Assembly: GCF_037042905.1 (NCBI RefSeq)
Contig: NC_087251.1
Coordinates: 34,722,001 to 34,786,000 of the forward strand
DNA: 64,000 nt
From: Lytechinus pictus
Lineage: Eukaryota
Direction: 5' to 3'
Shown: in pieces, positions 1 through 32,052 of the stretch
Position numbering within the stretch: the stretch's first letter is position 1
Layout: every line of letters starts with the position of its first letter
Translations under genes and position numbers: made by a program
The notes under the pieces: model-generated
Told to the model about the DNA's origin: nothing
Seen by the model: only the letters and a program-made list of their open reading frames with translations
Database searches by the model: none

Positions 1-101
1 AGGTCAACAAAGATTTATTTCTCGCACCATATCTTGTCTTTTCCATTAAGTTTGACATAAGATGAATCAATGACATGTAAAAGTCTTAAAAGAAAACTCA
101 C

Positions 102-18332
<18,231 letters not shown>

Positions 18333-18434
18333 TTTGTCTAACGCAGTATTACTTGTGTGTAGGACAACTTTGAATGTCACGATCACGAGCTAGTCGAACC
18401 AATATAAAGCGAGTTGTTTACAAAACCATACTAG

Positions 18435-18492
18435 TTTATAAAATAGGTGTATTATTTCAAGCATCGCGATTGGCCAATACGCGTCACATGAC
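18435..18492 (-). promoter_or_regulatory. Candidate CTSF proximal promoter: TATA-like site, double CCAAT and CLEAR/M-box
   Basis: TATAAA on the minus strand at 18440-18435; palindromic ATTGGCCAAT at 18469-18478; GTCACATGAC at 18483-18492 (9/10 match to CLEAR GTCACGTGAC), about 150 nt upstream of the ATG. Confidence 0.6.
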
Positions 18493-19991
18493 ATCCAACT
18501 TTTTTTGTGCACTGCACGGCAGTGCAAAAGGTGCGCAACGAAAATTGACATTGCACGCTCAAGCAAACCAGTGCGGAAGAAGTCCCGGGAGAAGTCCAAC
18601 AAAACTGTACTGTAACTTTTTAAGAATATGTTCTGTGTTGCTATTTTATAAAACAAATAATGCACTTGCTCTGTCGTGCCTAAAAGTAAATGCAGAGAAA
18701 GCTTGGTTTCTTCAGATGGTGCACACTGGACACTCGCCGCCAGCGGCTCGTGCACGTACAGTGCGGCACCTATCTGAAGAAACCTCGCGCGCTCTGCATT
18801 TCCACTAACGCACTCGGCTGCATGCATTATTTGTATAATAGTTCACGGAGTGGATGCAGAGTAAAGATAAAAGTGTTACCGCCTTCTATGGGATGTGTCA
18901 AGACAATTTACTCGGAGTTACTTTCGGAGCAGCTTTATTAAAGCGTCGATCTGGAATGGGTAAAAAAATAGTTAATATTAAAGGGGAGAGGAAGGAAATC
19001 TTGTAGACCTACGCGGTCTTGTAGAGGAATAATTAGAGTCCCCTATACTTAAAAATCCAGTGGAAGTGATTTATTTTGAAACGTTACTTTCAATGAATAA
19101 GTAAGATTTTTTTTCAAGGAGCTGTAAAGTGTGACTAGTCTTGAAAAGTATCACCTCACCGCCCCCTCTCAAAGAAAGAAAGAAAGAAAGATGAAAACCG
19201 GATATAATGATCATTAGTAGTCATCTAGTTTTGAATGAACTATTCAATAATTACTTGTATCGGTCCATTGTGTTATATCAGCGACATTAAAGGATCACTT
19301 TAGGAAAGTATGAAATAAAACAAAGGCGGCGGAATCGCGGACAGGGGCACTTGCCCTTGGTTAGGACTATCCCTAAAAAATATTCAAAAATCAGCTTTTA
19401 GCAACCGATCGGGAAAAAAGGTGGATAAAAATATCTTTCCTTTTGGGAAACGCTCGATTCTGCGGCCTGCATAGTTTATGCTTTCTTCAAGCGATAAATG
19501 TTGGTCTCTTACTATTCAATAAACAAAATAAATTCAAGGGAATGGATGCCATTTTAACAGTAATCAGCGCCAGAATCGACCACAAAGCAAGTTTTACAAG
19601 TTCATTTTCCCCCGAACAATTGAAAATAAATCCGTTCACATTTTCCACGATCGACAGTTAAATGCTGATTTTTGTTGTTACAGAGCTTAAAACGTTCTTT
19701 TTCGGGAAATCAACTCGCACTTCACTCTCCTTTCAACATATTGTTTAAAAATTTCCAGATTCTGGGTCTGAATTAAAAAAAAACATATTGCTTAATTTGA
19801 TTAATGAAATTCATATCCTCATTATCAATTTTAACATATCCTAATGTTCCGTTTTATCGTTTAATTGCATTTTATCTATAAAAAATATAAAAATATTAAA
19901 AAAATAAAAATCATGTCGCGTTTCGCACTCGAATCACTTATTTAGTCATAGTTTGCGCTTAATTTTTTAATCTGCAGAACTACCCCTCTAA

Positions 19992-20273
19992 AGGCTTGGT
20001 CCCACTGCACTTACAGAATATGCAGAGAGGATGTAAAACGGAAAAGAAACTTGCCATCCGTTTGAAACGTTATGTATCCGTTGTGTACTCTTTGCATACG
20101 TGTTTCATACGCTCTATATCCATCGAGCATCCGTCCACTGTGAATTCATTGTTCGCCCATTTTGTCCATTGTCTTGAGCGGATGAAAACGAATGGAGCCA
20201 CCCCGAAATTTTGCTTGTCCGCTGTATCGTTAGGAATACGTTTTGTGTCCGTCGGCCAGTGGGACCATGGCCT
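19992..20273. mobile_element. MITE
   Basis: taa|AGGCTTGGTCCCACTG ... CAGTGGGACCATGGCCT|taa. Confidence 0.65.
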
Positions 20274-22079
20274 TAAACAAAACAAAAATGCATTTCAGCT
20301 CTTCCAGCAGCCGGTTCGGGAAAATATATTGACGATTTTTTCCCGGCCCCCTGTATTTTATTTATTTATTTCATTTCCAGGCAAGAAAGCATGACACCAA
20401 TAGGAACATTACACAAAAAATGTAAAATTGAGCACCAGCCAATGCCTGTGGATCACCTAAAAGAATTGACAATTCTGTCGAGAGGTTCTCAACATTGGCT
20501 GGTGCCTACATGGAATAACACAAAATAGCAATAAATTTAAACACGTAATTACAATACTTCTATATGAATTAACCTTCATCGTAATATGAAGGAAGAACCA
20601 AAAAAAAAAGGTAATCGAATTCATACTTTAAGAGAGAATGCAGATTGGGTCAAATCAGCAAATTTAAAAAAATTAGAAACAGACATGGTAGGTCAATTTG
20701 GGTTACATGACATTTGTCACAGTTATGTGCAGGTTTACCAAAACAAAAACAGCAAAGTAAGTATATAACAAATAATGATTAAAAAAAATCAAGATTTATA
20801 CCCAAAGTATATTCAAGGAAACGACTTCCTAGATATCAACTGAATTTAAGCTACCATATAAAGAAAAGTAATTACATTTTTGTGTAACAGAAAATTAAAT
20901 AATATAAAGAATGGGAACGTATGGCAAAGCATTAGAAAATCAAATAATCAATCACGAATCAAACACACATTCAAAGAAATGGTCTGTGACATGAACTAAG
21001 TTAAGAGCTTTACACGGAATGGGGAATGGTAATTAATTAAATGAAGGTGTAATAGAGAATTTCAGTAGATTGAAATATACGTACGGCAAATTATTAGAAA
21101 ACCAAATACAATGCTGGATCTGCCCTAGACTAAAAGCTTCGGTCTCTGTTATTGGTTGTTCTGCTGAACTCCGTTGGCTCCACCCACCAATTACTCAGAC
21201 CAAAGTTCTAAGTTCTAACTCGGTCTGTACAGGGACTCAGTGGCCATGTTTATGTAGTAAGTTCGGATAAACCAGGGAAGTGGGAGTTGCGCGACATGTC
21301 AGCCGAAAGTCACTGTTTTTATCCTTTTAAGTTTTTTCCCCCGTTTTGGTGCATTTCAGGCCAAAACGGAATAATAATCTTTAGTTTCGTCTAGTTCTTT
21401 TTATATATTTTTATGAAATAAAGACAAAAATCGATGAGCCCCGTCGGGGAGATTTTGCATTGTTAACCCCTTAATGGCGGCTGCACGATCGCGAGCTGTC
21501 TGTGTACGAGGAGAGTGTGTAGTTTACCAAGTTTGGTGCAGTGTGAAAACTTAATCAATTTGAACAATGTACCTATTCACTTTGAATAAATGAAAAATAT
21601 GTGCTTTCTAATGTGAAATGTGCCAGTTACATTAGTATATAGTTGATTTATCACTCACGTTTGACATCTCTAGCCGCCCCCCCCCAAAAAAAATAATATA
21701 TTTGATTTACATGTATGTGAATACAGATAATAGACTAGTTCGGAGTTATATGTAACTAAAATATGATATCAATAAATATTTTAAAACATGAATACATCTT
21801 TTTGTGCACTTACATCATTCCTTTCACAGTATAATAGAGGCGTCTCATGAATTTCTCTTAATCTCCTTGTGAAAATTTGATATACCTCCATAGAGAGGGG
21901 AGGGGGCGTAAAATATTTTTATTCATATTTTCGACGATCGGCTGCCAAAAGCTTATTTTGTTGTTGGTATATGTTAGCTTTATTCTTACGACTTTTGGAT
22001 GTTTCATATATTTAGGCCTGGACATTGAACATTCTAAGTTGTTTCTGTAATCATGAACAAGATTACTACAACATTAATA

Positions 22080-23200
22080 AGAGTGAGAAGCGCGAGCTGA
22101 AATTTTTAGTATATATACTGACCTGCAAAATTGAGCCAAATAAGGACTATTTGCAGCGACTCATGAAGAGGATACGTATAATCAAATAATGCTGAATAAA
22201 AATTATATTCCGACCTGAAAACTGGATATTCTAAGCTCCTTTTATAATCACAAACATGATAGATATCTTTTAAAAAAAAACAGATGCAAGCGCGAAGCAC
22301 GAGCAGAACAAATGTTTGATATTCCTTCCTAAAAACTGTAAAAATGTGTGTCTGAAATAAACAGTGTGAGAGCGAAGCGCGAGCTGCAATTTTAGATATA
22401 CCGACTTGAAAGGTGACAATTTAAGCAATGTTTAACATTTATATAAAAAATGTGTAACGGACATGAATCTCACTACATAAATGATGTGAGCACGAATCAC
22501 GAAATGAAATATTTTGGCGATATATGCCTTTATCTAAGCACTTTTTTTAATTTTGAGCAGGATGTGTATCTGACTAAAAATTAGTGCGAATGAAAAGCGC
22601 GAGCTGAGAATATTTGATATACTCACCTGAAAATGGGACATTTGAAAAACTGCTTTGTGGGATTCATGAAGACGATACGTATCTCATTTCTCACATACAC
22701 TGTTAAAAAAACACAGATTTTACAGGAAAAAAACAAGATTTTGCAAAAAGCAATTACAGAATCATTTTGTAAATTCATAAAACAGGAATTTTTCAACAAT
22801 TTAACAGAACAGGTCTGTTTAAAAAGGGGGAAAATTGTGTTTTATTTAAGGAAATTTGTAAGGTTCCATACACCAAATACAAATTTCCTGTTATTTTACA
22901 TGATACAATGTAAGATTATGAAATCTGGTAAGATTATACAGGTGTTCTCGAGACTCTGCTGCAGGAACTTCTTTTATTTTAAGGATAAATTTTCTAATAG
23001 TGTATGCCTAATATAATATTCATCACTTTTTTGTAATCACAGACAGGATGTGCTAAAACATGATAATGACAACTCGAACAGCGAGCAGATTAATTTCTGC
23101 ATGGACTTGAAAAGGGGATGTCTTAAGCCCCACAATATCCTCTTAGCAGATTATTATCTCACTGAACAAGGCAATGTCAGCGAGAAACGCGAGCCGATCG
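22080..23200 (+). repeat. Degenerate repeat array with a recurring GCGAAGCGCGAGCTG motif
   Basis: Motif variants near 22088, 22289, 22371, 22490, 22595, 23080 and 23185. Confidence 0.55.
22698..23002. mobile_element. MITE inserted at a TA inside the preceding repeat
   Basis: TA|CACTGTTAAAAA ... TTTCTAATAGTG|TA. Confidence 0.6.
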
Positions 23201-23429
23201 TTTGGATTAAAAACAAGATTTCAATCGAGTAGGATTACCTTTATACATTAAATTAGATTAGCTAACGCTCGCATGAAATAACGCGACTTACATACCATTA
23301 GTGATATATTTGTGACGTGCAATTCTTCAAATTTCATGAGATTACTTTGATGATTGAATTGTAACGTCACAAGAGAAAATGAGAAATGACATGAAAATAA
23401 AAGTTATCAGGATAATGGCTGCTTTAGTT

Positions 23430-23636
23430 GTGCAAGGGCGTTACCAGATTTTGTGTACCAAGTTGACAACTGGATTTGTTTCCATTGGTAAGTAATTCAC
23501 CTAGGATTTAGTTTTTTAAATATATTACATATATTATACACAATTTTTTTCTCAGAAGTTTGTGGGCGTATTCTAGATAACTGATGATTTCGGCAAAGTT
23601 GTCTGCATCTTACACCCACTATTGACGCCCTTGCAC
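23430..23636. mobile_element. Short inverted-repeat element
   Basis: GTGCAAGGGCGT ... ACGCCCTTGCAC. Confidence 0.5.
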
Positions 23637-23873
23637 GTAACAGAGTCACCGCGTGAAGGTAGCAGCACGACCCCGGGTTAGTATAAATAAAAGGTGATTA
23701 CACGTATAACCAAAAGGGAAATAAATAGATCATGAAATGCTTGATAATGGTTAGTATAAAATCCCCGTGAATTATATATGGTGGATGGATGGAAATGATA
23801 AATAATAAATACATATATAACAAATTTCAAAACTTGCACAAACAAACATACATACAAAAAATAAAATAACATG

Positions 23874-24140
23874 AAGATCCAGTAACATGTATAATAATCA
23901 AAACGAGAAAATCAAATCAGAACAAATAACAAACATGAAAAAATGCTCAAAATGATAAGAGCAACGAGCAAAATAAAGATCCAGTTAAATGTATAATGAT
24001 CAAAACGAGCAAGCCAAATCGTAACAAATTACAACAGGAAAAAAATGCTAAAAATAACAAGAGCAACAAACAAAATCTAGATTAAATTAAATATATAATA
24101 ATGATCAACACAAACAAACCGAAATCAGAACGAATATCCA
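23874..24140 (+). repeat. ~100-bp A-rich tandem repeat, about 2.5 copies
   Basis: aagatccagt...tgtataat.atcaaaacgag...aaatc at ~23875, ~23976 and ~24080. Confidence 0.65.
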
Positions 24141-24299
24141 AAATCAAAAAGAAAAAGAAAAAAGCTTTAGCTCATCATAACATAGCAACGAAAACAATCA
24201 AGGGAAAGGGATAATGTTAGTCTGGAATTCAAAAAGGGTAGTTTATTTGAGTCCCAAACTGCCCAAGTGACCGCCAGGCTGATAGCTAGATAATGAAAG

Positions 24300-27200
24300 A
24301 ATTTGACTTTCTCTGTATCACAGTATCAGTCACTCTTGCTTTTGAGAATGAAAGAAGGGAAATAAAACATATCGTGCTTAATAGTTGAGCATGCTGGAAC
24401 ACGACCAATATGAGCTGATGGGCTAGTTCGGAAGACAAGAGACAGGGTTAAGGAATTTAAGAGTCATTATTAATGTAAGCAGGATCAATAGACGACCGCA
24501 AACATCAGTTGAAGAAGCTTTCCTTGGTAATAAAAAAGAATATGATTTTCATAATGAAAATAAAACAAGTCGGAAAAGAAATACACTCAGTTGACTTAAT
24601 TAATAAAAAGGAAAACAGGAAGCACATATATTGTTTTTGTATCATTTGCCTTGCTTCTGAAAATGAGAGAAAAAAGTAAAAACATATCATTTTAGCAGGG
24701 CATGGAGACATGGTTTAGAAGATGTTAATAAGTGGCTACAATAGGTAATAAAACATATGTCAATGTTAATGATAGCAGGATCACTGGAAAAACTATTATA
24801 ACTGAACTGTATAACCTGGAAAATAAGAGTCATTATAATAAATATTCATGTTTAAAAATTATCAAGCCTGAAAAGAGAAGACAATAAAGATCAGAAGTTA
24901 TAAGTCATATAGAAGATGGCCAGTACCAGCTAAAGTGGATTTCCTTGGTGAAAAAAAATCATTGTTCATAATATAATCAAAATGCATTGAGACAAAATAA
25001 GGGAAACATACACCACGCTTGTATAATCAATCAATAATAATTTCAGTAAGTACATATTGGACTTTTGTTGTTGTATGGTCCGCTTTGTTTCTGAGAGAAT
25101 GAAATAAAAACACATCATGTTAGCGGGGCACTGGACACAGCTAAGGGGAATTCATAAGGCTTTAAAAAATCATTACATATGTTAAGAGGGGCAATAGAAC
25201 ACCGCCTCCGCCACCTCAGGTAGTTTCACTGTAAAAAAAGAATCATTATCAATATTATATAATCCAAATAAAAAGATAATATAACTAGAATGCATCCAGC
25301 CGCTGGAAGACCGTCAGTTTAAACCAAGTGACTACTTTGAGTAAATGCGAGTCATTAATAGTATAATAATATCATAATTACGACAGAATCAAGATGGATC
25401 CGCTAGGAGAGTCGTTAGCAAGGGTATTATGATATATTCTGCATTTAACATGGACTACTTTTGTAGAACACTGCCAATAAATGCTGACGCGAAGTGGCTA
25501 ATCGGAGTAAATAAGAATGACCATTATTAACATTATCTTCAATCTTGTCCAGCCTAAAAAAAGGGGGATATACCACACAGAGTTAATGATTGGGCCCTTG
25601 TAATCATCCCGCCAGCCTTATCTGTACACCAGTGTCATTTCTTGACCACCATTGCCATATAAAAGCAATAGCTTGATCACATGATCTCCCCTAAATAGGA
25701 AAGAAAAATCATTAAGCTGATATTAAAAGAACGAAGAGAAAAATAAAAAAAATTATGTTACTTTTAACCCTGTTTTGTCTAAATTCTTCTCTAATTTCTA
25801 GGACTTTGATTCAAATTTGACCTGGCACAAGATAAAATATTTTGTCCTTTCTTTTTCAAAATAATGGGGTAAACTCAGATAACCATTGTATCAATTGGAC
25901 TTTCCGATTAAATTGTGAGTATCATACATTCCAGTTTAATTGTAACTTGCGAAATTATTGTTTTTCGTCATACCTAATGAATTCTCTTTGATTTAATGAG
26001 TTACCCCATATAATAATATGTAAAATATGTGAAAATAATATGGAAATTGCCTCATGGCTCTTGATTAAATGTGACAAAAAATGTTATATCGTTCAGAATT
26101 ATCGATTACTTACATTCATATAGACGGAGGGTGAAATAATCAAAAGAAGCAGTAGACTTTACTGACGGTGTGATGTTGAATATATGATCATGGTAAGAGC
26201 CAAAAAATTACTCACTGATGAAAGGATGACGAAGCTAGTGGTAGATGGAGATTGGTTGCTCTCTGTGGAAGGGTGACAAAGCTAGTGGTAGATGGAAGAA
26301 AACAAGTTCCTCTATAATGAAAAGGTGACAAAGCTAGTGATTTAGATGGAGGACATTATTTGCTCTCTGATGAAAGGGTGACGAAGCTAGTGGTTTAGAT
26401 GGAGACTAGTAGATTTCTGATGAAAGGGTGACGAAGCTAGTAGCAGATGAAATGACAGTAGTTGCTCTCTGATGAAACGGTGACGAAGTTAGTAGCAGAT
26501 GAAATGACAGTAGTTGCTCTCTGATGAAAGGGTGACGAAGCTAGTAGCAGATGAAATTAGACTAGTTTCTCTATGATGAAAGGGTGACGAAGCTAGTAGC
26601 AGATGAAATGAGACTAGTTGCTATCTGTGGAAGGGCGACGAAGCTCGTGGTAGATGAAATGAGACTAGTTGCTCTTTGATGAAAGGGTGTAGAGGGAAGG
26701 AGACTAGTGTCTCTATAATCAAAGGGTGACGAAGCTAGTGGTAGATGAAATGAGACGAGTTTATCTATGATGAAAGAGTGACGAAGCTAGTAGCAGATGA
26801 AATGAAACTAGTTGCTATATATGGAAGGGCGACGAAGCTCGTGGTAGATGGAATGAGACTAGTTGCTCTTTGATGAAAGGGTGACGAAGAAAGTTGTAGA
26901 GGGAAGGAGACTAGTGTCTCTATAATCAAAGGGTGACGAAGTTAGTGGTATATGAAATGAGACGAGTTGCTTTCTGATGAAAGGGTGACGAAGATAGTAG
27001 AAGATGAAATGAGACGAGTTGCTCTCTGATAAAAGGGTGACGAAGCTAGTGGTAAATAGAAGAAAACTAGTTTCTCTCCGTGGAAGGGTGATGAAGCTAG
27101 TGGTAGATGGAAGGAGACTAGTTTTTCTAGGATCAAAGGGTGGCGAAGCTAGTGGTTTAGATGGAGGAGAATAATTGCTCTCTGATGAAAGGGTGACGAA

Positions 27201-30200
27201 GCTAGTGGTAGATGGAATGAGACTAGTTGATCTCTGGTAAAAGGGTGACGAAGGAAGTGTTAGATGGAAGGAGACTAGATGTTCTCTGATTAAACGGTGA
27301 CAAAACAAGTGGTAGATGGGGGAGGTGAGCTGGCGGTAGATAAGAGACTATTTGTTCTCTCATGGAAAGGTGACAAAGCTAGTGGTAGATGGAAGGAGGC
27401 TCTGATGAAAGGGTGACAAAGCTAGTAGAAGATGAAATGAGACGAGTTTCTCTCTCCGGAAGGGTGACGAAGCTAGTGGTAAATAGAAGAAAACTAGTTC
27501 CTCTCCGTGGAAGGGTGATGAAGCTAGTGGTAGATGGAAGGAGACTAGTTTTTCTAGGATCAAAGGGTGGCGAAGCTAGTGGTTTAGATGGAGGAGAATA
27601 ATTGCTCTCTGATGAAAGGGTGACGAAGCTAGTAGAAGATGAAATGAGACGAGTTCCTCTCTGCTGAAGGGTTACGAAGCTAGTGGTAGAGGGAAGGAGA
27701 CTAGTTGCTCTTTGATGAAAGGGCGACGAAGCTAGTAGCAGATGAAATTAGACGAGTTCCTCTCTGTGGAAGGGTGACGAAGCTAGTAGTAGATGGAAGA
27801 AAACTTGTTTCCCTATGATGAAAGGGTGACGAAGCAAGTGGTTTAGATGGAGGAGACTAGTGCTCTCGGATGAAAGGGTGACGAAGCTAGTGGCATAGAT
27901 GGAGGAAACGAGTTGCTCTCTGATGAAAGGGTGACAAAGCTAGTAGAAGATGAAATGAGACTAGTTGCTCTCTGTGGAAGGGTGATGAAGCTAGTGGTAG
28001 ATGGAATGAGACTAGTTGATCTCTGGTAAAAGGGTGACGAAGGAGGTGTTAGATGGATGGAGACTAGATATTCTCTGATCAAACGGTGACAAAACTAGTG
28101 GTAGATGGAGGGAGGTGAGCTGGCGGTAGACAGAAGGAGACTATTTGTTCTCTCATGGAAAGGTGACAAAGCTAGTGGTAGATGGAAGGAGGCTCTGATG
28201 AAAGGGTGACAAAGCTTATAGTAGATTAGTTGCTCTCTGTGGAAGGGTGACGAAGCCAGTGGTAGATTGAAGGATGCTAGTTCCTCCCAGATGAAAGGGT
28301 GACGAGAGCTAGTGGTACATGGAAGGAGACTAGTTGCTCTCTGATTTATGGGTGAAGAAGCTAGTGATAGATAGAAGGAGACTAGTTGCTCTCTGATGAA
28401 AGTGTGATAGAGCTGGTGATAGATAGAAAGAGTCTACTTGCTCTAGAGGATGACGAAGCTAGTTGAAGAAGGGAGACAAGTTGCTCTCTGATTTAAGAGT
28501 GACGAAGCTAGTGGAAGATGGAAGAGACTTTCTGGTGACAGGGTGATGAAGCTGGTGGTAGATGGGATACTAGTTGTCTCAGATGAAAGGGTGTCGAAAC
28601 GAGTGGTAAATGGAATGAGACTAGTTGATCTCTTGTACAAGGGTGGCAAAGCTAGTGATAGATGGAAGGAGACTAGTTGATCTCTTGTACAAGGGTGACA
28701 AAGCTAGTGATAGATGGAAGGAGACTAGTTGATCTCTTGTACAAGGGTGACAAAGCTAGTGATAGATGGAAGGAGACTAGTTGATCTCTTGTACAAGGGT
28801 GACAAAGCTAGTGATAGATGGAAGGAGACTAGTTGATCTCTTGTACAAGGGTGACAAAGCTAGTGATAGATGGAAGGAGACTAGTTGATCTCTTGTACAA
28901 GGGTGACAAAGCTAGTGATAGATGGAAGGAGACTAGTTGATCTCTTGTACAAGGGTGACAAAGCTAGTGATAGATGGAAGGAGACTAGTTGATCTCTGGT
29001 AAAAGGTTGACAAAGCTAGTGATAGATGGAAGGAGACTAGTTGATCTCTGGTAAAAGGTTGACAAAGCTAGTGGTAAAGTGAAAGAGAGTAGTTAGTTTC
29101 TGATGAAAGGGTGACGAAACCATTGGTAGAAGGAGGGAGACTAGTTGCTCTCTGACGAAAGGATGACAAAGCTAGTTGAAGACGGAAGGCGGCTAGTTGC
29201 TCACTGATGAAAGGGTGACGAAGCTAGTGGTAATTGGAAGGAGAATACTTGATTTCTGATGGAAGGGTGGCGAAGATTACTAAATGAAACTAGTTTTGAC
29301 AAATCGCTGCTGGCAGGAAACCTGTGGAATAAAATACTTATACATATCCTGGCTCTCAAACAATCTGACATTACAACTAAAATCATCACACTTAGTTACA
29401 TTTTTTTTACAGTTTGTGTATATATCGTCATTACTCATTACGAGTTATCAACCAAAATAGTCAACCCCACAATCAACCATACCCTACCAGAATACCAAAT
29501 ATCTGGTATATTAAATTAGTTTTCATCCCTTTCTAAGGATGTGATAAATTGTTCAGCTGTATTAAACCTCTTTGGTTGTATGAGCTTTGTTGGATATCGG
29601 TGAAAAATTTGCTGTATAATTGTTCCACAGGAAAATTACTCTCGCGGAGCTTGTTAGATTTTCAAGAGGGTATTTCCTCGTCGATATGGTTGCAGAAGCT
29701 TCTCTTCCAAAGCGCGTGAAGATGAAGGCCCCTATTCATATCCAACACCTGGAACATAAACAAAAAATAGTAATGATAGAAAATTATTTGTTTCTGACGA
29801 TTGTCTGGCATTTAATTATACATAAACCCGCACCAAAAATACAAACCTTACGGTTTGTTGTCACTTGATAATAATCATCTCTTTTTTAAATAATGTTTTT
29901 ATTCATCATCTAGATCTATCAATAGAAAATTATTAAACCGTTGTAGTTGCAAGTTTGATTTTGATCGTTGATTTTATTCTTTTTGAGTACCTAATTTGTC
30001 TAAAGCCCTTTTAATGATAAAATCAACAATAATATTATGAAAAACTATGTCTCCAACACTTTACTAAATGTAAAGAAATGTGTATCTGTATTAAAGTGTC
30101 AAATCAAAATTACGAGAATTTAATAACAGCAATGTTAATAACGAATTACAAGATATAGACTGATACCATTGATTGATGTATACAAAGACATTGTAAAAAG

Positions 30201-31586
30201 AGTACTAGTGAAATTAAACTTACCGCGATAATTCAAACGAACGAGACGATCGGTGCTACGTATTGAGCATGATGACTAAAAGCAAGAAACGAATGATCAT
30301 ACGAGAGACTCAACGAATGAACGAGTGGACGGACGAAAACGTAAAAACAAAGTCAACGGTTTATGTTTTTTCCTCGTCGAAAGTAAAGCCAGAAGACGAT
30401 TTCAACTAAAGCGCCACCTCAAGCCGTTTCAGGAATAGTCGTACTATCCCAGTCGCGTTAAAAATAAGTAACCTTCGAGCGCTTATGCAGCAATCTTCTT
30501 GACATGATATTATAAATTTACTGAGCAATTTTAGTCAAGGCCCCATACTAAGGCCCTAGATGCGTGACTTTTTCTACAAACCATGGCATTAAAATTCGCC
30601 CCACAAACCAGCTCGACAACATTCATAGAATCATTATGATCACGAACTGATACAAGTATATTGTTCCCCTGGTATATATGACCATGATGACTGAGGTTTC
30701 AAGTCACTCAGGTTGGCAAGACGACGAAAGCCGCGAATGTTTTTTTAACTGTCCAAATACGACCTTGCTAATGCTGGGTATGTATTTTGGGGGGGTATTC
30801 CATACCTGAAACATAAACACAATAGATCCATGTTAATTTAAATCTCGATTCTGATAATTATTTCTATGCACTAGATCTATAAAATAAAACAAATTTGTCT
30901 TTTCCTCATTACAATTTACATTGTTTTTAATATAATTTTACAATGTATTCATTATGATATTTATATATTGTGCCAGCAACCTTTTAAACGAGAAAGCTAC
31001 AGCTGCAGCTTAATTCATGTACGATATTGCATAATCATCAATAAATGCCATTCTTGAATTGAACTGAATTGAACAATAACCGGTGCTATTATCGCTATCA
31101 TAATCATCATCATCATCTCCATGCGGTAAAAATTTTAGGTTGTTAATTATTTACTAATGTTTCATCTAGATATAATAACATAAAGAAAGTTAGGCCTATG
31201 TTTTCATACGATTGTTACAATTTGTTCCTTACAAGCGCATATAACGAACTATTCCAATTCAAAACCACTGATCCTTTGAGCAACAACATTCCTGTACAAA
31301 ATAACAAAAATATGAAGCGGATGGATAGCCCATATTCAGTTTTGTCTACACGACACATGTTGTCCATAATGGTAACGATATCTAGATCTATTACTATAGC
31401 TATTGCATGGGACTGGAAATTGTTAGAACTATTAACTGTCCAAAAAGAATAACGAAAATTGTACAAAAACAATCTGATCATATCTACATGTAGGAAGAAG
31501 TGCAATATTAAACTATTCTAATCCTTGGTCTTTTTTAACTTTGAATATTGGCTCTTTATTAGTTTCTATATCGATAGGCCTATTCA
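24300..31586. repeat. Macro-repeat unit A (partial and more diverged)
   Basis: 24300-26200 aligns loosely to ~34305-36730; satellite at 26210-29280; 29280-31586 aligns closely to 39920-42515. Confidence 0.88.
26210..29280. repeat. 52-bp minisatellite block 1
   Basis: Consensus GAAAGGGTGACGAAGCTAGTGGTAGATGGAAGGAGACTAGTTGCTCTCTGAT. Confidence 0.95.
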
Positions 31587-32052
31587 TGATCCATCCATTC
31601 GCACTCACACTTGACTTTTTGAGGATTACCATGGGAAAATAATTCTCCATGGGGTTTACAACTCGATCTGCTATGGGACTGTGCACTGAACCACACTATT
31701 ATCCTTATAAGTAAAGTAGAAATTGTATGGAAATTCAGAAAAGGATATAATTGGAATGCTATCAATATTACACAAAAGTACTTACTCAGCACTTAGTTTC
31801 TCCTGCTCTAAGAAGTAAATTGGGTAGCGAGCTGCCCCAAATCAATCAAACGAAAAATTAAAAAAATAATCAAACATACAAAATAAATGTAATATATCTC
31901 ACCTTTTAAACGTTCGTAACGGATGTTCCTACGAGGGCAAACGTAATGCATTTCGTATACGAAATCTATTAACGCCCGAATATCGAATGTCGTCAATGCT
32001 TTCTACGATAATTTCACCTACCCTAATCTTGGCATGTGAAAGTATGTTTACC

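Noticed and set aside
18374..18941. Overlapping ORFs upstream of CTSF as a divergent gene
   Set aside because: No recognisable domain or splice pattern; slightly higher GC near the promoter explains the open frames.
26859..28649. ORFs of up to 149 aa in the satellite as functional proteins
   Set aside because: They cycle through all three phases of the 52-mer and stay open only where a TAG is mutated; they are not preserved between blocks.
26210..29280. Repeat array as a CRISPR-like repeat-spacer system
   Set aside because: Monomers are contiguous degenerate 52-mers without unique spacers, the context is eukaryotic and no cas genes are present.
31580..31690. SCKPHG...KCECEW as an EGF-like domain
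   Set aside because: Only three cysteines and an indel between copies; too weak to call.
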